Virus record (IMG/VR): IMGVR_UViG_3300009162_000001
Length of the DNA: 64,000 bases
Source of the DNA: a virus
Direction: 5' to 3' (one strand)
Shown: positions 8,501-15,930 of the stretch, piece by piece
Layout of the letters: each line of letters begins with the position of its first letter
Numbering within the stretch: the stretch's first letter is position 1
The notes under the pieces: generated by a model
The model's database searches: none
Told to the model about the DNA's origin: nothing
Seen by the model: the letters and a program-made list of their open reading frames with translations, nothing else
Made by a program: the position numbers and the translations under genes

Positions 8501-10432
8501 GTCGGGACCCTTGTTCTCAAAGCCAGAGATCTTATGCTTAAGCGGCTCAGACATCGGCGACGAGCTGATGCCATGCGTCAGCTTGGAGATCCAGCCCTGC
8601 TGCTTATCCGTCAGGTTGTCCCAGGTCTCCTGGGAATCGATCGCGCCGACGGCATCCTTCAGCTGCGTGAATGTTGGGCTGTTCATCTTAAAGAAGTCAG
8701 CAAGTGGACCCTTACTGATGAACCGCCCGTCCTTGCCGCGCGGATGCTGCTCAGGCTGCCACTTACGGTGAACGCCACTCGCCGTCAGGGCCATGTCCAT
8801 GGCGAACTTGTACGACTGCGACTTAGGTGGCTTCGGCGGATCAGCCGGGATGATGTCATTGGTATCGGTCGTCGAGTCACCGGTGTCGAAGATGTCGAAG
8901 ATCTTCGGAATGCTGTCGGCCAGCGCCGGGTGGAAGTCACCATCACGCAACATTGTGGCGATCTGCTGCCTCGTCAGCCACAACGCGTTCATAACCTCGG
9001 CGTGATCGACCTCAGGCTCAAACTGACGTGGCGCCTCAGCGGCGATGTTCGTGTACTTCCACGGTTCAGGCTGACCCTCAATAGGCTGAACGGTTACGTG
9101 CGTACCCAGGTGCTTAACGTCATCCAGGTACTTCTGCGAGACGTGCAGTTCCTCATACGTCTCGCGAGCCGCACCCTGGGCCGGAGTCTCATACTGATCC
9201 ATCGCACCGCCGGGAAGCTGCCACTTCCCGGTGTTGGAGACGGCCTTACCACGCTGGATGAAGAGGAAGCTGTCTTCACCGTCCTCGTTTGGCGCCTTGA
9301 TCATGACACCCGAGGCGCCGTACGTTCCCCAGATGCGCCACTGCTGGTTCTTAACGAGGTACTTGTCGCCCGACTTACCACGCAGTGCCGCAGGTAGGAT
9401 CACGAACTTGTTGGGATCCTTGGCGATCTCGGCGATCTGCTCAGGTGTGCGACCACCGTACTTGCGCTCAATGCGAGCCTGCTCAGCCTTCTTCATGGCT
9501 GCAAGCTGCTCAGGTGTCGGTGGCGCCTTCTTCTGCTTAGGTACCTTAAAACCACCAAGCAGCTTTGAGATCTCGACGTCACTCAAGTCATCGATGAACT
9601 CACCACTATGAGGATCCCGCGGATGATCTTTAGGATCCCAGTTAGGCTTACCCTTTGCCCACGGGTATCCCGCGGACATCATGACGAGCTCTTCCTCATC
9701 ATCCGCGGTGACGTCAGGGAACAACTCGTATGTCACAGAGCAGCGACAGTTGATCGTCTCGTCCAGTGGTCCACGAGGATCTCCTGGGTACTGCATCTGT
9801 GAACGACCAACCGTGAACGGCTCGGAGATCTTTTGTGTCTGACCGTCAGCCTCATCATGTGTTGGCCGTGTGTGCGAGTCGTTGGTCGCCAGCCAAGACT
9901 TCTTGCCGTCGGGATCCACCATCGCAGCCTGAGCATATGAGCCAGCTTCTAGCGCAGCGTGGATCTCGGTACGTGCGATCGTCAGTGCCTTGGAGTCTGA
10001 GACGTTACCGACGTGCTTGATGCGCGCGGCGATCTGCTTGACGTCCTCATCTAGCGCGTAACCCTTGATGAGCTGCGTGTGGATCGCGTCCCAGACGTCC
10101 TGGCTTAGATCTTGAAACCGGTTGGCGGCCAGCTGCAGGTGTGTCTCCACGAAGTCTTCATTTAGGAGGAACGCCTTATCCCCCAAACCAAGGTCCTGAC
10201 GCACCCTCTCAGCACCGTCGAGTACCTGCATGCCCAGATATCCCAGCAAGGGTCCGTCCACCTGCTGAGCCCACAGGGAGGGCAGCTCATTGAGGTCTGA
10301 CATCGATACCCGCGTGGTCTGCTTACCGACCAGCGCGCGCATCACGGCACGCCACGCCTTCTGGATCAACGCAGCTAGTGTGTCAGCGCGCTCATCCTTC
10401 TCGTCGCGCGACCACCCCCGTGTGTCCGCCAC
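2549..10432 (-). CDS. giant 2627-aa MuF (SPP1 gp7)-like head-morphogenesis fusion protein: MuF + Nudix + kinase-like motif + repeated beta-rich modules + C-terminal ADP-ribosyltransferase
   Basis: Single uninterrupted ORF directly after the portal gene. MuF motif: ARTEIH...THDEADGQ...INCRCS. Nudix box: GGAMDQYETPAQGAARETYEEL. Kinase-like motif: NNDAHSGQF...SIDKGHAF. At least 10 repeats of about 70-95 aa, PPAPPPPPPPPPPPKP tract. ART signature: YTGGIYHSIN, LLHRGVG, GFGSTSTG, ENEMLL (ExE). Confidence 0.9.
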   Translation of the reverse strand: MADTRGWSRDEKDERADTLAALIQKAWRAVMRALVGKQTTRVSMSDLNELPSLWAQQVDGPLLGYLGMQVLDGAERVRQDLGLGDKAFLLNEDFVETHLQLAANRFQDLSQDVWDAIHTQLIKGYALDEDVKQIAARIKHVGNVSDSKALTIARTEIHAALEAGSYAQAAMVDPDGKKSWLATNDSHTRPTHDEADGQTQKISEPFTVGRSQMQYPGDPRGPLDETINCRCSVTYELFPDVTADDEEELVMMSAGYPWAKGKPNWDPKDHPRDPHSGEFIDDLSDVEISKLLGGFKVPKQKKAPPTPEQLAAMKKAEQARIERKYGGRTPEQIAEIAKDPNKFVILPAALRGKSGDKYLVKNQQWRIWGTYGASGVMIKAPNEDGEDSFLFIQRGKAVSNTGKWQLPGGAMDQYETPAQGAARETYEELHVSQKYLDDVKHLGTHVTVQPIEGQPEPWKYTNIAAEAPRQFEPEVDHAEVMNALWLTRQQIATMLRDGDFHPALADSIPKIFDIFDTGDSTTDTNDIIPADPPKPPKSQSYKFAMDMALTASGVHRKWQPEQHPRGKDGRFISKGPLADFFKMNSPTFTQLKDAVGAIDSQETWDNLTDKQQGWISKLTHGISSSPMSEPLKHKISGFENKGPDSDTTITTPVPENMKLDSPPGVPNAVPTIPSTVPTPLENVEPAKVTSSAPSTKKFIPATIHKQHQDGTVVAVSADGTHRLRWSAGMKKYQLQQKSTVTDAWYSVSYDTKADTYKMAKDAKWDWRQPASAPKSTAPPPVSPPVVIKSYSSPPGVPGSIVAVMNAHKPDPAKMKKIGNAATGVSASPIYIDDKGQRWLVRRKKNPNDDPVLELDVAANKLQAAIGLKGPKTWVMDVDGKPAAVQAMFDAQDAFPNGSFKPTNLSEEDVRDMQKEQVLDWLLGNNDAHSGQFIRLPNGHISSIDKGHAFRFYAKDKLDPDYKPWSPLSPNKHTYPDMWKAYANGENIQMHDPDEDHAIAQVIFDATELSDDDIRDMFGSYAQGAAKNGWLSAYGNDPETFLKAIMQRRDTLEKDFSDLYKKTTAQRQAKLGTSAVKMAYPVDTKHAELGTNVLDAAKTAKPGNILIAGNDKNGNPVTIRKTSFDYPLALYEETGDGKSSVQFHDNDAFNQWWIDKAGGADIAWNPSSLFNQDLDGNVGSDTWWEPEDELSVDDMVDAGLFNAPGTTIGVTTDGSLAMTYNISTGQIELSKIQNSTGKWTVVSKLGLPGEGASDAEWEDDLADVTKYHSNESVKSWLKGDVAVPHFGVPANISQHNAAIDGAVSTGAYGGDNETTFTSEAWKQKFTFESMATFVKNQVIATVTTPEGNFRIIAGGTSLPNADMKKFRIQKQSTNNPSDWMTLETNIPANDLAFTAQDHTSTSKWHLVNVDPPKPAPNPGADITSMSPAQIGVLKTYFNANGAKWHNKPEAIWDALQSFKTSDAGVGYEHLTNMQILAALDTGLPPSAPTNSSYTNKLKKWLKTKKGLDYVIAHPDVKKPTVMPPSSDEHPGTSLIMKALADPDVKSYSVIANKNLENGDLLTVEKGQLGEHMFVFKNGVALVKVEPHEVDAYLKMNDDNGDSWKIYPTPTGAPVYASLSGAKPAPTPTPGVHVPQVVTSFADLEKLPWVPGDVVATREDGKWRVTYDDDSKFVLETNDGTADSPNWTSEIVAAEPQSSLLNHFPVDTWNMTDKWYAGTPGGSDPTLSPTVGSRNATADEVWNATPSFGSATYAKIIATGTYVKEGGTFTYKIKQDGDGEGFKKLQVFYHNDEGTDVPTSYEFTTEEQLTNFMDNNVLGKNTKWTLAPVSTEGEVKDVSIASPIDTLPDGTEVLLAEDIQPEDWQQILKDKSVVPGHKLHAVTTDLQHQLFSTDGWFFVSTWNPDKHKYELAGSGKDPYLTATNKVGFFKSWVHAEQSPNSPPPITDKFTGLSTTPNVFPLKDGTPVSTGYTIPMDGWESIGDVNPDAGYKLHAVSPSKELILVSNFGGYQLRKYNPATNKYELFAEGDHPKKLAQDHSDYWNYAIDLSPTKIAPAASSTPKSKLTLADGTTVDKGPEVKVWKDLAAKKNSGQPLAYSEDGKYRLSANYGFFYLHKWDDTNKKWIYVDGEQYKLASLAKVVKTKWYDATTPVAHPKPPKPAPVALKYPTTPPAPPPPPPPPPPPKPTGIFGTITLPDGTDVPKGPKVAAWGPLSKKSQYNATTVLAYSSNGQHRIVYHKPGSEFQLQTWSPANNTWTTTNTESYKVATLANSAPVYGWYKPEATVPTVKTSHSASVVTVPGGGTIDMGGGDISHLSDAQKKQVYQAFKSQPATYLKSSSQDIWAALITIADNNNLTKMQTLRVIDEVGAAKVSKPDDHLFEKKITDWLQTPAGYAILHNLPIPKPPPPKFMAGVEGNLPTLEESNKYSYNVLDTSSATSWFNKALAAFKKATGQEPSGSAKSGITNYTGGIYHSINAFLYGKVQGISSSNEQSMNNAQAAMIPSIEPVLLHRGVGFDAFKATSYASLAKMVGQTRWMGGFGSTSTGGHSAFGGHVKIEIEAPPGTPMYWAKPISLHKGENEMLLAAGLYYHILSVTPNGSGATVRVRIVPKPDDESQIIAAVDAGMMWR

Positions 10433-10438
10433 GTCGAA

Positions 10439-12127
10439 TCACCCCCGGGTGCGCTGGGTCACGTCGATACTGATCTGCTTGTCGCGTGTCCCGGGTGCGT
10501 CACCGGCTCGCGTCAGCTGCCTTACCTGACCATCTGCGATCTTTTGCGTCGCAGGTTGACCGGCCGTCGACGCTGAACCTTGACCCGGGCCGCTGGGTTT
10601 CGGTCCACCGACGACGGCCGGCGCCTGCTGTCCCGGAAGACCAGGCATACCCGGCAGCGCAGGCTGCGGGATCTCCATCTTGTCCCCGGTGAGCTCTTCA
10701 TATGCGGGTCCGGCAAGCTGCCCGCCCTGACGCACCAGACCACGCTGGAGCATCTTCTTCTCTTCCTTGGAGGACGGCTTGTCAGCCTCGGTAAATCCGG
10801 TCTCTCGACGAGTCGCGGCGTCCGAGATGATGATACGGTCGTTGAGCTGAAGCGCCAGATCAGATCGGTCAGGCCGCTGTGTCAGCTGCGTGGTGTCGTA
10901 CCATACCACGATGCGGTTGCCGTCCTTGGTGACCATCGACTCGCCGGCGGATTTCATCATCGGCGCAAGGTAACCAACGGTCAGACCACGCGTGACGATC
11001 TCGACCTTCGGTGCGATATGGATCTTGATCGCCGACTCCTCAAGCGTCGCCGACGACCAGTAGTTCGTGTTGCCAAGACCGGTCAACACCTCCTGTGGCA
11101 GGTTCAGTGACGCGGCCAGCCGGCGAAGCGCACCCTCACGGGCCTCAAAGATCTTGTCGTCCAGCGGCGTCGCGAACGTCATGTGCCTGAACTTCTCGAT
11201 CAGGTCGGCGGGAACGCGAAGCGGAAGTGGCGCGGCGGACGCAGGACTGCCCGGGTTCTTGATGACCGCACGCATGACGTCGAGCAGCTCAGCGAAGAAC
11301 GGATCCTGCTGCTCGGCGTATGCCGGGTTGACCGGCAGGGTCACCTCATCGGGAATTAGCCAGACGCCGTTGAGCGCGACGCGTGAGATCAGCGTCGCCA
11401 TGATGTAGCGGTTGTACATGTCGATCTCGCGCATGGTCGCCAGTGCGGCGCGCGCCGGTGACGATGCCTTCCACGGCATACGCTCGTCGCGGTCCCAGAT
11501 GCGAACGATCAACGTCTCCTTGGGCAGTGGGATCCACAGGCCCTCCTCGACCTGCAACTCCCAGCCACGCTGCTCCATGCCGAGGATGTTCTTGAACGTG
11601 CGCTGTGACTTCTTAATCGAGGTCTTAGGCTGCACCGTCCAAACTGTGCCGGTCTCATCGGGCTCCGCGTCGAGGATGACGCCAGCGTACGCCTCAACGG
11701 GCATGTCCATGTCGTTGGTGTTGAAGCCAACGAGGTAACCCTCACCCGGAACGGAGAGCTGAACCGCCAACGACTTAAGCATGGCGGACTGACCGGCGAT
11801 GCCGCCGGCGAGCTGTTCAATGATCTCAACGGCTGGACCAGACGTGATCGGCTGTGGTTCGTCGCCACCCGGCGCCATCTCAGCCACGTTGAGACGACAG
11901 CGACTCAGCGCCTCAGCGAACCACGTGACACCGTAGTTGAACTCGCCGAGACCCTCGTAGAACGACCAACCTTCATCCTGCCAGCCATCGTACACCAGCG
12001 GTCGAAGCAGCATCAGGTCACGGGGGCTGGATATCATCTGCACCGCGGCGGTCAGCGGCGGTAGGTCAGCGTGCTGCCCGTTACGAAGCGTTGTCCCCCG
12101 TGACGCACGCCGAAGGTCAGATGCCAT
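10439..12127 (-). CDS. portal protein
   Basis: 562 aa, positioned between terminase and the MuF gene. The N-terminal region (WQDEGWSFYEGLGEFNYGVTWFAEALSRCRL) is typical of SPP1/HK97-type portals. Pro/Gly-rich C-terminal tail. Confidence 0.8.
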   Translation of the reverse strand: MASDLRRASRGTTLRNGQHADLPPLTAAVQMISSPRDLMLLRPLVYDGWQDEGWSFYEGLGEFNYGVTWFAEALSRCRLNVAEMAPGGDEPQPITSGPAVEIIEQLAGGIAGQSAMLKSLAVQLSVPGEGYLVGFNTNDMDMPVEAYAGVILDAEPDETGTVWTVQPKTSIKKSQRTFKNILGMEQRGWELQVEEGLWIPLPKETLIVRIWDRDERMPWKASSPARAALATMREIDMYNRYIMATLISRVALNGVWLIPDEVTLPVNPAYAEQQDPFFAELLDVMRAVIKNPGSPASAAPLPLRVPADLIEKFRHMTFATPLDDKIFEAREGALRRLAASLNLPQEVLTGLGNTNYWSSATLEESAIKIHIAPKVEIVTRGLTVGYLAPMMKSAGESMVTKDGNRIVVWYDTTQLTQRPDRSDLALQLNDRIIISDAATRRETGFTEADKPSSKEEKKMLQRGLVRQGGQLAGPAYEELTGDKMEIPQPALPGMPGLPGQQAPAVVGGPKPSGPGQGSASTAGQPATQKIADGQVRQLTRAGDAPGTRDKQISIDVTQRTRG

Positions 12128-12131
12128 CTAG

Positions 12132-12512
12132 CTACTCCACCTTCTGTGCGAACCAGCCGGTGAACGCCGTTGCGGCGACTCCGTAGAGAACGGTGATCCA
12201 GATGCCTGCGAACCAGTCGGTCGTGTAGTACAAGATCCACATAGTCAGGGTGGCGACCCAAACCGAGGCGCACCAGTCACAGGTGATGAGGTACGCCAAG
12301 CTGCCGCCGAACGCGCCTAAGTGATTGCGACCTAGACCGCCGTGCTTCTTGATGTAACGCTCCCGGGCATCCTCATCGGCGTACTCAGGATGTAGGTATA
12401 GGACGATCGTCTCACGGGGCCACGCGACCAGTGGCATTGTGTCCGTGGTTACAAGCCGTGTCACCCGGTATACGAATAGACACAGCAGCACCAGTAGCAA
12501 CCAGGGATTCAC
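12132..12512 (-). CDS. membrane protein, DUF1360-like
   Basis: 126 aa with several TM helices. N-terminal LFVYRVTRLVTTDTMP resembles the DUF1360 signature. Confidence 0.55.
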   Translation of the reverse strand: MNPWLLLVLLCLFVYRVTRLVTTDTMPLVAWPRETIVLYLHPEYADEDARERYIKKHGGLGRNHLGAFGGSLAYLITCDWCASVWVATLTMWILYYTTDWFAGIWITVLYGVAATAFTGWFAQKVE

Positions 12513-12630
12513 ACTTATCGCACCTCAATGATGTCGGCCCCGCTGATGATACGGTACCACATCAAGCGGTAACTGATCAAGTGACGAAAAAGGCGAGATC
12601 CGAAGATCTCGCCTCAGTCGTCATGTGAAG

Positions 12631-12900
12631 TTAGCGCGTCAGACGGTATCCACCACCGGGATCATTCACGGAGAGCCAGCGGCGCACAAGATCACGTGTA
12701 CGTTCTGTCGATTCACTGATCGAGTTAGACGACAACGTGAACAACACTTCGCGAAACTCCTCACGGCCATCAGCCAGTGAGTTGACCAGGTGGTCAAGTG
12801 TTTCCCAAAGTTCCTTGTGACGCTCAGCCTCTCCCATGATCTCTCCTGTCACTTTGTCGTAGAACGCCCACGCCTCATCTTGCCAGCTGCCGATCAACAT
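12631..12900 (-). CDS. hypothetical protein
   Basis: ORF track 12631-12906. The ATG at 12900 gives a TGATG junction with the upstream stop. Confidence 0.55.
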   Translation of the reverse strand: MLIGSWQDEAWAFYDKVTGEIMGEAERHKELWETLDHLVNSLADGREEFREVLFTLSSNSISESTERTRDLVRRWLSVNDPGGGYRLTR

Positions 12901-13103
12901 CAGCAACCGTCCTCGTAGATGTTGTCGACCAAGAGCTCCAGATCTAGCTGCGCGTCGGCGAGTGCAGCTTGCGCGACCGCGACGATGTGACTGACATCGG
13001 GTGCCGGGTTAGAAGATGACAGCAAGATCCGCAGTCGATCAGACTGCACGTCTAGAATGCCCTTGACCTCGGCACGTGCCTTCGCATGATCCATCCTGTT
13101 CAC
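12900..13103 (-). CDS. hypothetical protein
   Basis: 67-aa ORF immediately downstream of a conserved promoter (13124-13135). Confidence 0.55.
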   Translation of the reverse strand: MNRMDHAKARAEVKGILDVQSDRLRILLSSSNPAPDVSHIVAVAQAALADAQLDLELLVDNIYEDGC

Positions 13104-13123
13104 CTCCTTTTACGACTAAGTCA

Positions 13124-13135
13124 ATTATATCACAC
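13124..13135 (-). promoter_or_regulatory. conserved extended -10 promoter (GTGTGATATAAT on minus strand)
   Basis: Plus strand reads attatatcacac. Member of the cassette family repeated through the window. Confidence 0.6.
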
Positions 13136-13185
13136 ATAAGGCGTGATTCACAGGGATGAACCTGCGAACCACGCCTTGAGTGCCC

Positions 13186-13824
13186 TTACACGCGCTGCTT
13201 GCGCTGCGCGTTCTCCCAGCGGCGCCGACAACGCTTACGAGCCGCGTTACCACGGCCGTGATCACAAAAGCTGTGATCAAGCGTGCCGTTGGGGCGGAGA
13301 TCGGGACCTGCTGTGAAGCCATCCACGTCAGACGTGTCGACCGCAAGCAGTAGGCTCTCATCATCTCGCACATCCGGTTGGTCCTCTTCGTGCAACCAAC
13401 GTCGCGTATTCCCCGTGCGCCGCTGAGACGGTCGGGTGAACTCACCGCGCCAGTACGCCTCCTGGTACGTCTTTGTGGAGAGCTCGTGCATGATCGCGCC
13501 CCACATGCGCAGGTACAGCGTGTGTAGCCGGTGGTCCTTGTATCGATCGGTCGTCGGCTTGAACTTCGTGTAGTCGATGTCAAGGCTCATCTGAGCCATG
13601 GCGGTCGCCCAGTCGGCCTTGGTGCAGTAGGCGCGGTACTCGTAGTCGGTACCCACGAGCGCCTGGATCTCGCCTAGCTTGTCACCCATGTACTTGGCCT
13701 TGAGGATCTCCAGGTCTTGGCGCCGGCGAGCGCGTACCTGAATGACTCGATCGTCACCAGCCGGGACGGTGCCCGCCGGTCGAACGGACGGCATCAGGAT
13801 GCCGAACGACGTACAGATCCACAT
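13186..13824 (-). CDS. hypothetical protein with basic C-terminus
   Basis: 212-aa ORF. ATG preceded by ATAGGAGTGATGCTAT leader and promoter 13859-13870. Confidence 0.6.
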   Translation of the reverse strand: MWICTSFGILMPSVRPAGTVPAGDDRVIQVRARRRQDLEILKAKYMGDKLGEIQALVGTDYEYRAYCTKADWATAMAQMSLDIDYTKFKPTTDRYKDHRLHTLYLRMWGAIMHELSTKTYQEAYWRGEFTRPSQRRTGNTRRWLHEEDQPDVRDDESLLLAVDTSDVDGFTAGPDLRPNGTLDHSFCDHGRGNAARKRCRRRWENAQRKQRV

Positions 13825-13858
13825 ATAGCATCACTCCTATCTCTACCTTCCTAGTTCT

Positions 13859-13870
13859 ATTTTATCACAC
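13859..13870 (-). promoter_or_regulatory. conserved extended -10 promoter (GTGTGATAAAAT)
   Basis: Plus strand reads attttatcacac, about 35 nt upstream of the 13824 start. Confidence 0.6.
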
Positions 13871-13895
13871 ATTGCGTTAGATGTACAACATTTAC

Positions 13896-14333
13896 TTAAG
13901 ATTTTTTATGCTTTTCGAGATATATGATCGCTTGCTTAAGTATCTCTACGTCGTGTAACAGTGATCCAATACCTAAATTACATCGAGAGCACAGCCATCC
14001 ACGTAGTGTCTTCGTGATCTCATCATGATCAACATGTATTCGACCTTTAACATGCTTACCACATATTTCGCATATACCCGTGTATGTCACAAAAAACTTA
14101 TCTAGTTCATCATCTGTGATTCCTGGAATCTTTTTCCTAAGCATGTGTACACGTGAATATGTAGCTATAGGATGTACGTCTGTCCTTCCACGTCTTGCGT
14201 TATATTCTTTGTAATACGCAGAAGAACACAACTTACAATATCTAGATAATGGCATTTTTGATACACGATCAAGATAAAAGTCACTAAGTGGTTTTGTCTG
14301 CTTACATTTACTGCAGTGAGCTTCATCGGTCAT
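13896..14333 (-). CDS. HNH / endonuclease VII-family homing endonuclease
   Basis: 145 aa. Motif CEICGKHVKGRIHVDHDEITKTLRGWLCSRCNLGIG plus an N-terminal Cys4 cluster. The gene is conspicuously AT-rich relative to its flanks. Confidence 0.8.
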   Translation of the reverse strand: MTDEAHCSKCKQTKPLSDFYLDRVSKMPLSRYCKLCSSAYYKEYNARRGRTDVHPIATYSRVHMLRKKIPGITDDELDKFFVTYTGICEICGKHVKGRIHVDHDEITKTLRGWLCSRCNLGIGSLLHDVEILKQAIIYLEKHKKS

Positions 14334-14360
14334 AGATCAAATTATAACAAAAAAAGTTAT

Positions 14361-14478
14361 AGAGCCATCCCAGGAGTCGAACCTGGCCACTCCTCGGTCC
14401 TGCCGTCCCGGAGCGCTCCAGTCGGCTAGGGTTCCGTCGCTCTAGAAACGAGCGGAGATTGGTGCCTGTCACGACGGC
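14361..14478 (-). ncRNA. tRNA-like element of unresolved class (canonical T-arm + acceptor-like 3' strand, no cloverleaf)
   Basis: Minus strand ends CCAGG-TTCGACT-CCTGG-GATGGCT. The only good 5' partner (GGCCGTC) is 118 nt upstream. The body does not fold as tRNA. Lies in a 239-nt non-coding gap (14334-14572). Confidence 0.3.
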
Positions 14479-14572
14479 CATGGGTAGGGGTTAACCCATT
14501 CCCTACCTCGCGTGGGCCCTGAACCTGCAGCTCAAGATCGTCTGCCTTACCACTCCCACGCTTCCCGGTGGA

Positions 14573-15157
14573 TCAGCTTTCTTGTTCCCCACTGATGTCC
14601 GCGATGAACGCCTCGTCAGTGGGTAGCTCGGTCAGCGGCCATGATGCGATCAGTGCCACCGCATAGTAACCGTTCTTCCACACCTCATCGTCCTCACGAC
14701 CGGCGAAACGACCTTGCTCGTGTGGAATCTCCTGAAAGCCCCTGTAGACCTCGAACACACCAGAGTCGAAGTCAACGACGTAACCCCACTCGGCGAACAG
14801 CGAGTCGAATGGGAAACGACCCGCGTCCTCGATCACGCCTGCCTTGAGCATGAGCCCAGGATTACCCTGTGTCTCGCGAAGCAGCTGGTACCAGGTCGGA
14901 CGATCACTATGACCGCCGACGTGGGGGTTGTAGAACGGTTGGAGCCGCTCGATGTCCTCGTCAGTTGGCTCGGAGTCAACGGCAACCACGCGCAAGGCAC
15001 GCGCCTGCTCCCGGATGATGTCCGGCTCAGCCTGCGGTTCGACGTGCAACCAGTGCAGGACGTTGAGACCAAGCGCACTCGGATACGAGTCGTAGTGGTT
15101 GTATGCGATCTTTTCGGTGCCGTCGATGACGAACCCGATGAAGCCTCTTGTGCTCAT
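14573..15157 (-). CDS. hypothetical protein
   Basis: ORF track 14573-15256. The internal ATG at 15157 is preceded by a GTGATGGGAGAGAC leader and follows the stop of the upstream gene (15172). Confidence 0.6.
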   Translation of the reverse strand: MSTRGFIGFVIDGTEKIAYNHYDSYPSALGLNVLHWLHVEPQAEPDIIREQARALRVVAVDSEPTDEDIERLQPFYNPHVGGHSDRPTWYQLLRETQGNPGLMLKAGVIEDAGRFPFDSLFAEWGYVVDFDSGVFEVYRGFQEIPHEQGRFAGREDDEVWKNGYYAVALIASWPLTELPTDEAFIADISGEQES

Positions 15158-15171
15158 GTCTCTCCCATCAC

Positions 15172-15459
15172 TCAGTCTTGTGACTTCACAGCCTTGATCT
15201 TCGTCCAGTAAAACACCGACTGCAGACCCATGCTGTCCTGCCGAACGTCCGCCCACGCGGACACCGGCACAAGCTCGTGATCAAGGTGCGGAACCACAGT
15301 GGCCATGAAGGCGCCCAGATCACGCAACTTGCCGACGATCGAGAAGCAGGTCTCGCCGTACATCGCCCGACCCGAGTAGTCCCACCGGATGGTGTCAGGG
15401 TCGAAGTCGTCAGACTCGTAAGCGGCGTACTCAATGTCCTCCGCGTTGATCAGATACAT
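15172..15459 (-). CDS. hypothetical protein
   Basis: Track ORF starts at a GTG inside the conserved leader GTGATAGGAGAGATC. The true start is taken as the ATG at 15459. Confidence 0.6.
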   Translation of the reverse strand: MYLINAEDIEYAAYESDDFDPDTIRWDYSGRAMYGETCFSIVGKLRDLGAFMATVVPHLDHELVPVSAWADVRQDSMGLQSVFYWTKIKAVKSQD

Positions 15460-15492
15460 GATCTCTCCTATCAATCAGAATCACTACAGCTA

Positions 15493-15504
15493 TTATATCA
15501 CACA
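15493..15504 (-). promoter_or_regulatory. conserved extended -10 promoter (GTGTGATATAAT)
   Basis: Plus strand reads attatatcacac. About 22 nt then GATAGGAGAGATCATG. Confidence 0.65.
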
Positions 15505-15595
15505 AAATGACAGATGAGCGCCACCCGCGGATAGGAGTACGCAGGGTGACGCTCATCGTTTCTCCAGCCGACCAATCCATGTACTCGCCGGAGAG

Positions 15596-15668
15596 AGCCA
15601 CGTGAAGGTATCGAACCCTCGACATTCCGCTTACAAGGCGGACACTCTACCAACTGAGTTAACGTGGC
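15596..15668 (-). tRNA. tRNA-Thr (TGT)
   Basis: Hand fold. Acceptor GCCACGT/ACGTGGC, D-loop AGTTGGTA, anticodon loop CT-TGT-AA, T-arm GAGGG-TTCGATA-CCTTC. Confidence 0.88.
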
Positions 15669-15773
15669 GTGGCACGATGGCGTTTCTCCAAGCGCCACCG
15701 TGCTTTGTGCAAAACAGCACCAACAGCATGTCCGTGGCTAGTGGACATGGAACCAAGACGTTGTCTTGACCCG

Positions 15774-15844
15774 CTGGGAGTGGAGGACTCGAACCTCCAC
15801 AGCGGGAACCAAAATCCCGCGTCCTGCCATTAGACGAACTCCCA
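15774..15844 (-). tRNA. tRNA-Gln (TTG)
   Basis: Acceptor TGGGAGT/ACTCCCA, anticodon loop TT-TTG-GT, T-arm GGAGG-TTCGAGT-CCTCC. Confidence 0.85.
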
Positions 15845-15849
15845 ATGCT

Positions 15850-15926
15850 GTAGGCGACCCCGTACTCAGACGGAACCTTTTAGGAGTTGGTTAGACTCCC
15901 TCTATCCGGTAACCAGCCGGACCTAC
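15850..15926 (-). ncRNA. non-canonical tRNA-sized structured spacer (possible pseudo-tRNA)
   Basis: 77 nt. Complementary ends GTAGGT./.GCCTAC. Internal 5-bp stem with 7-nt loop CTAACCA. No canonical T-loop. Confidence 0.3.
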
Positions 15927-15930
15927 CTCG

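Noticed and set aside
2653-10020. Dozens of 60-290-aa ORFs on both strands inside the 2627-aa gene (for example 8534-9397 +, 7649-8062 +, 4792-5271 -).
   Set aside because: They are nested in or antisense to a continuous 7.9-kb ORF with recognisable domains. Their compositions (Arg/Pro/Ser-rich) and lack of start-site signals indicate spurious ORFs.
14361-14478. Possible tmRNA, suggested by the T-arm plus acceptor 3' strand.
   Set aside because: There is no G3:U70 alanine identity pair. There is no convincing tag ORF: the best is GCA CCA ATC TCC GCT CGT TTC TAG, which does not end like a degron. Only about 118-210 nt are available, with no pseudoknot pattern that I could draw. It is kept only as an unresolved tRNA-like element.
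15850-15926. Possible tRNA-Val with anticodon AAC (stem GGAGT/ACTCC, loop CTAACCA).
   Set aside because: Position 37 is a pyrimidine, there is no canonical T-loop or D-arm spacing, and the acceptor has a mismatch. It is reported only as a non-canonical structured spacer.
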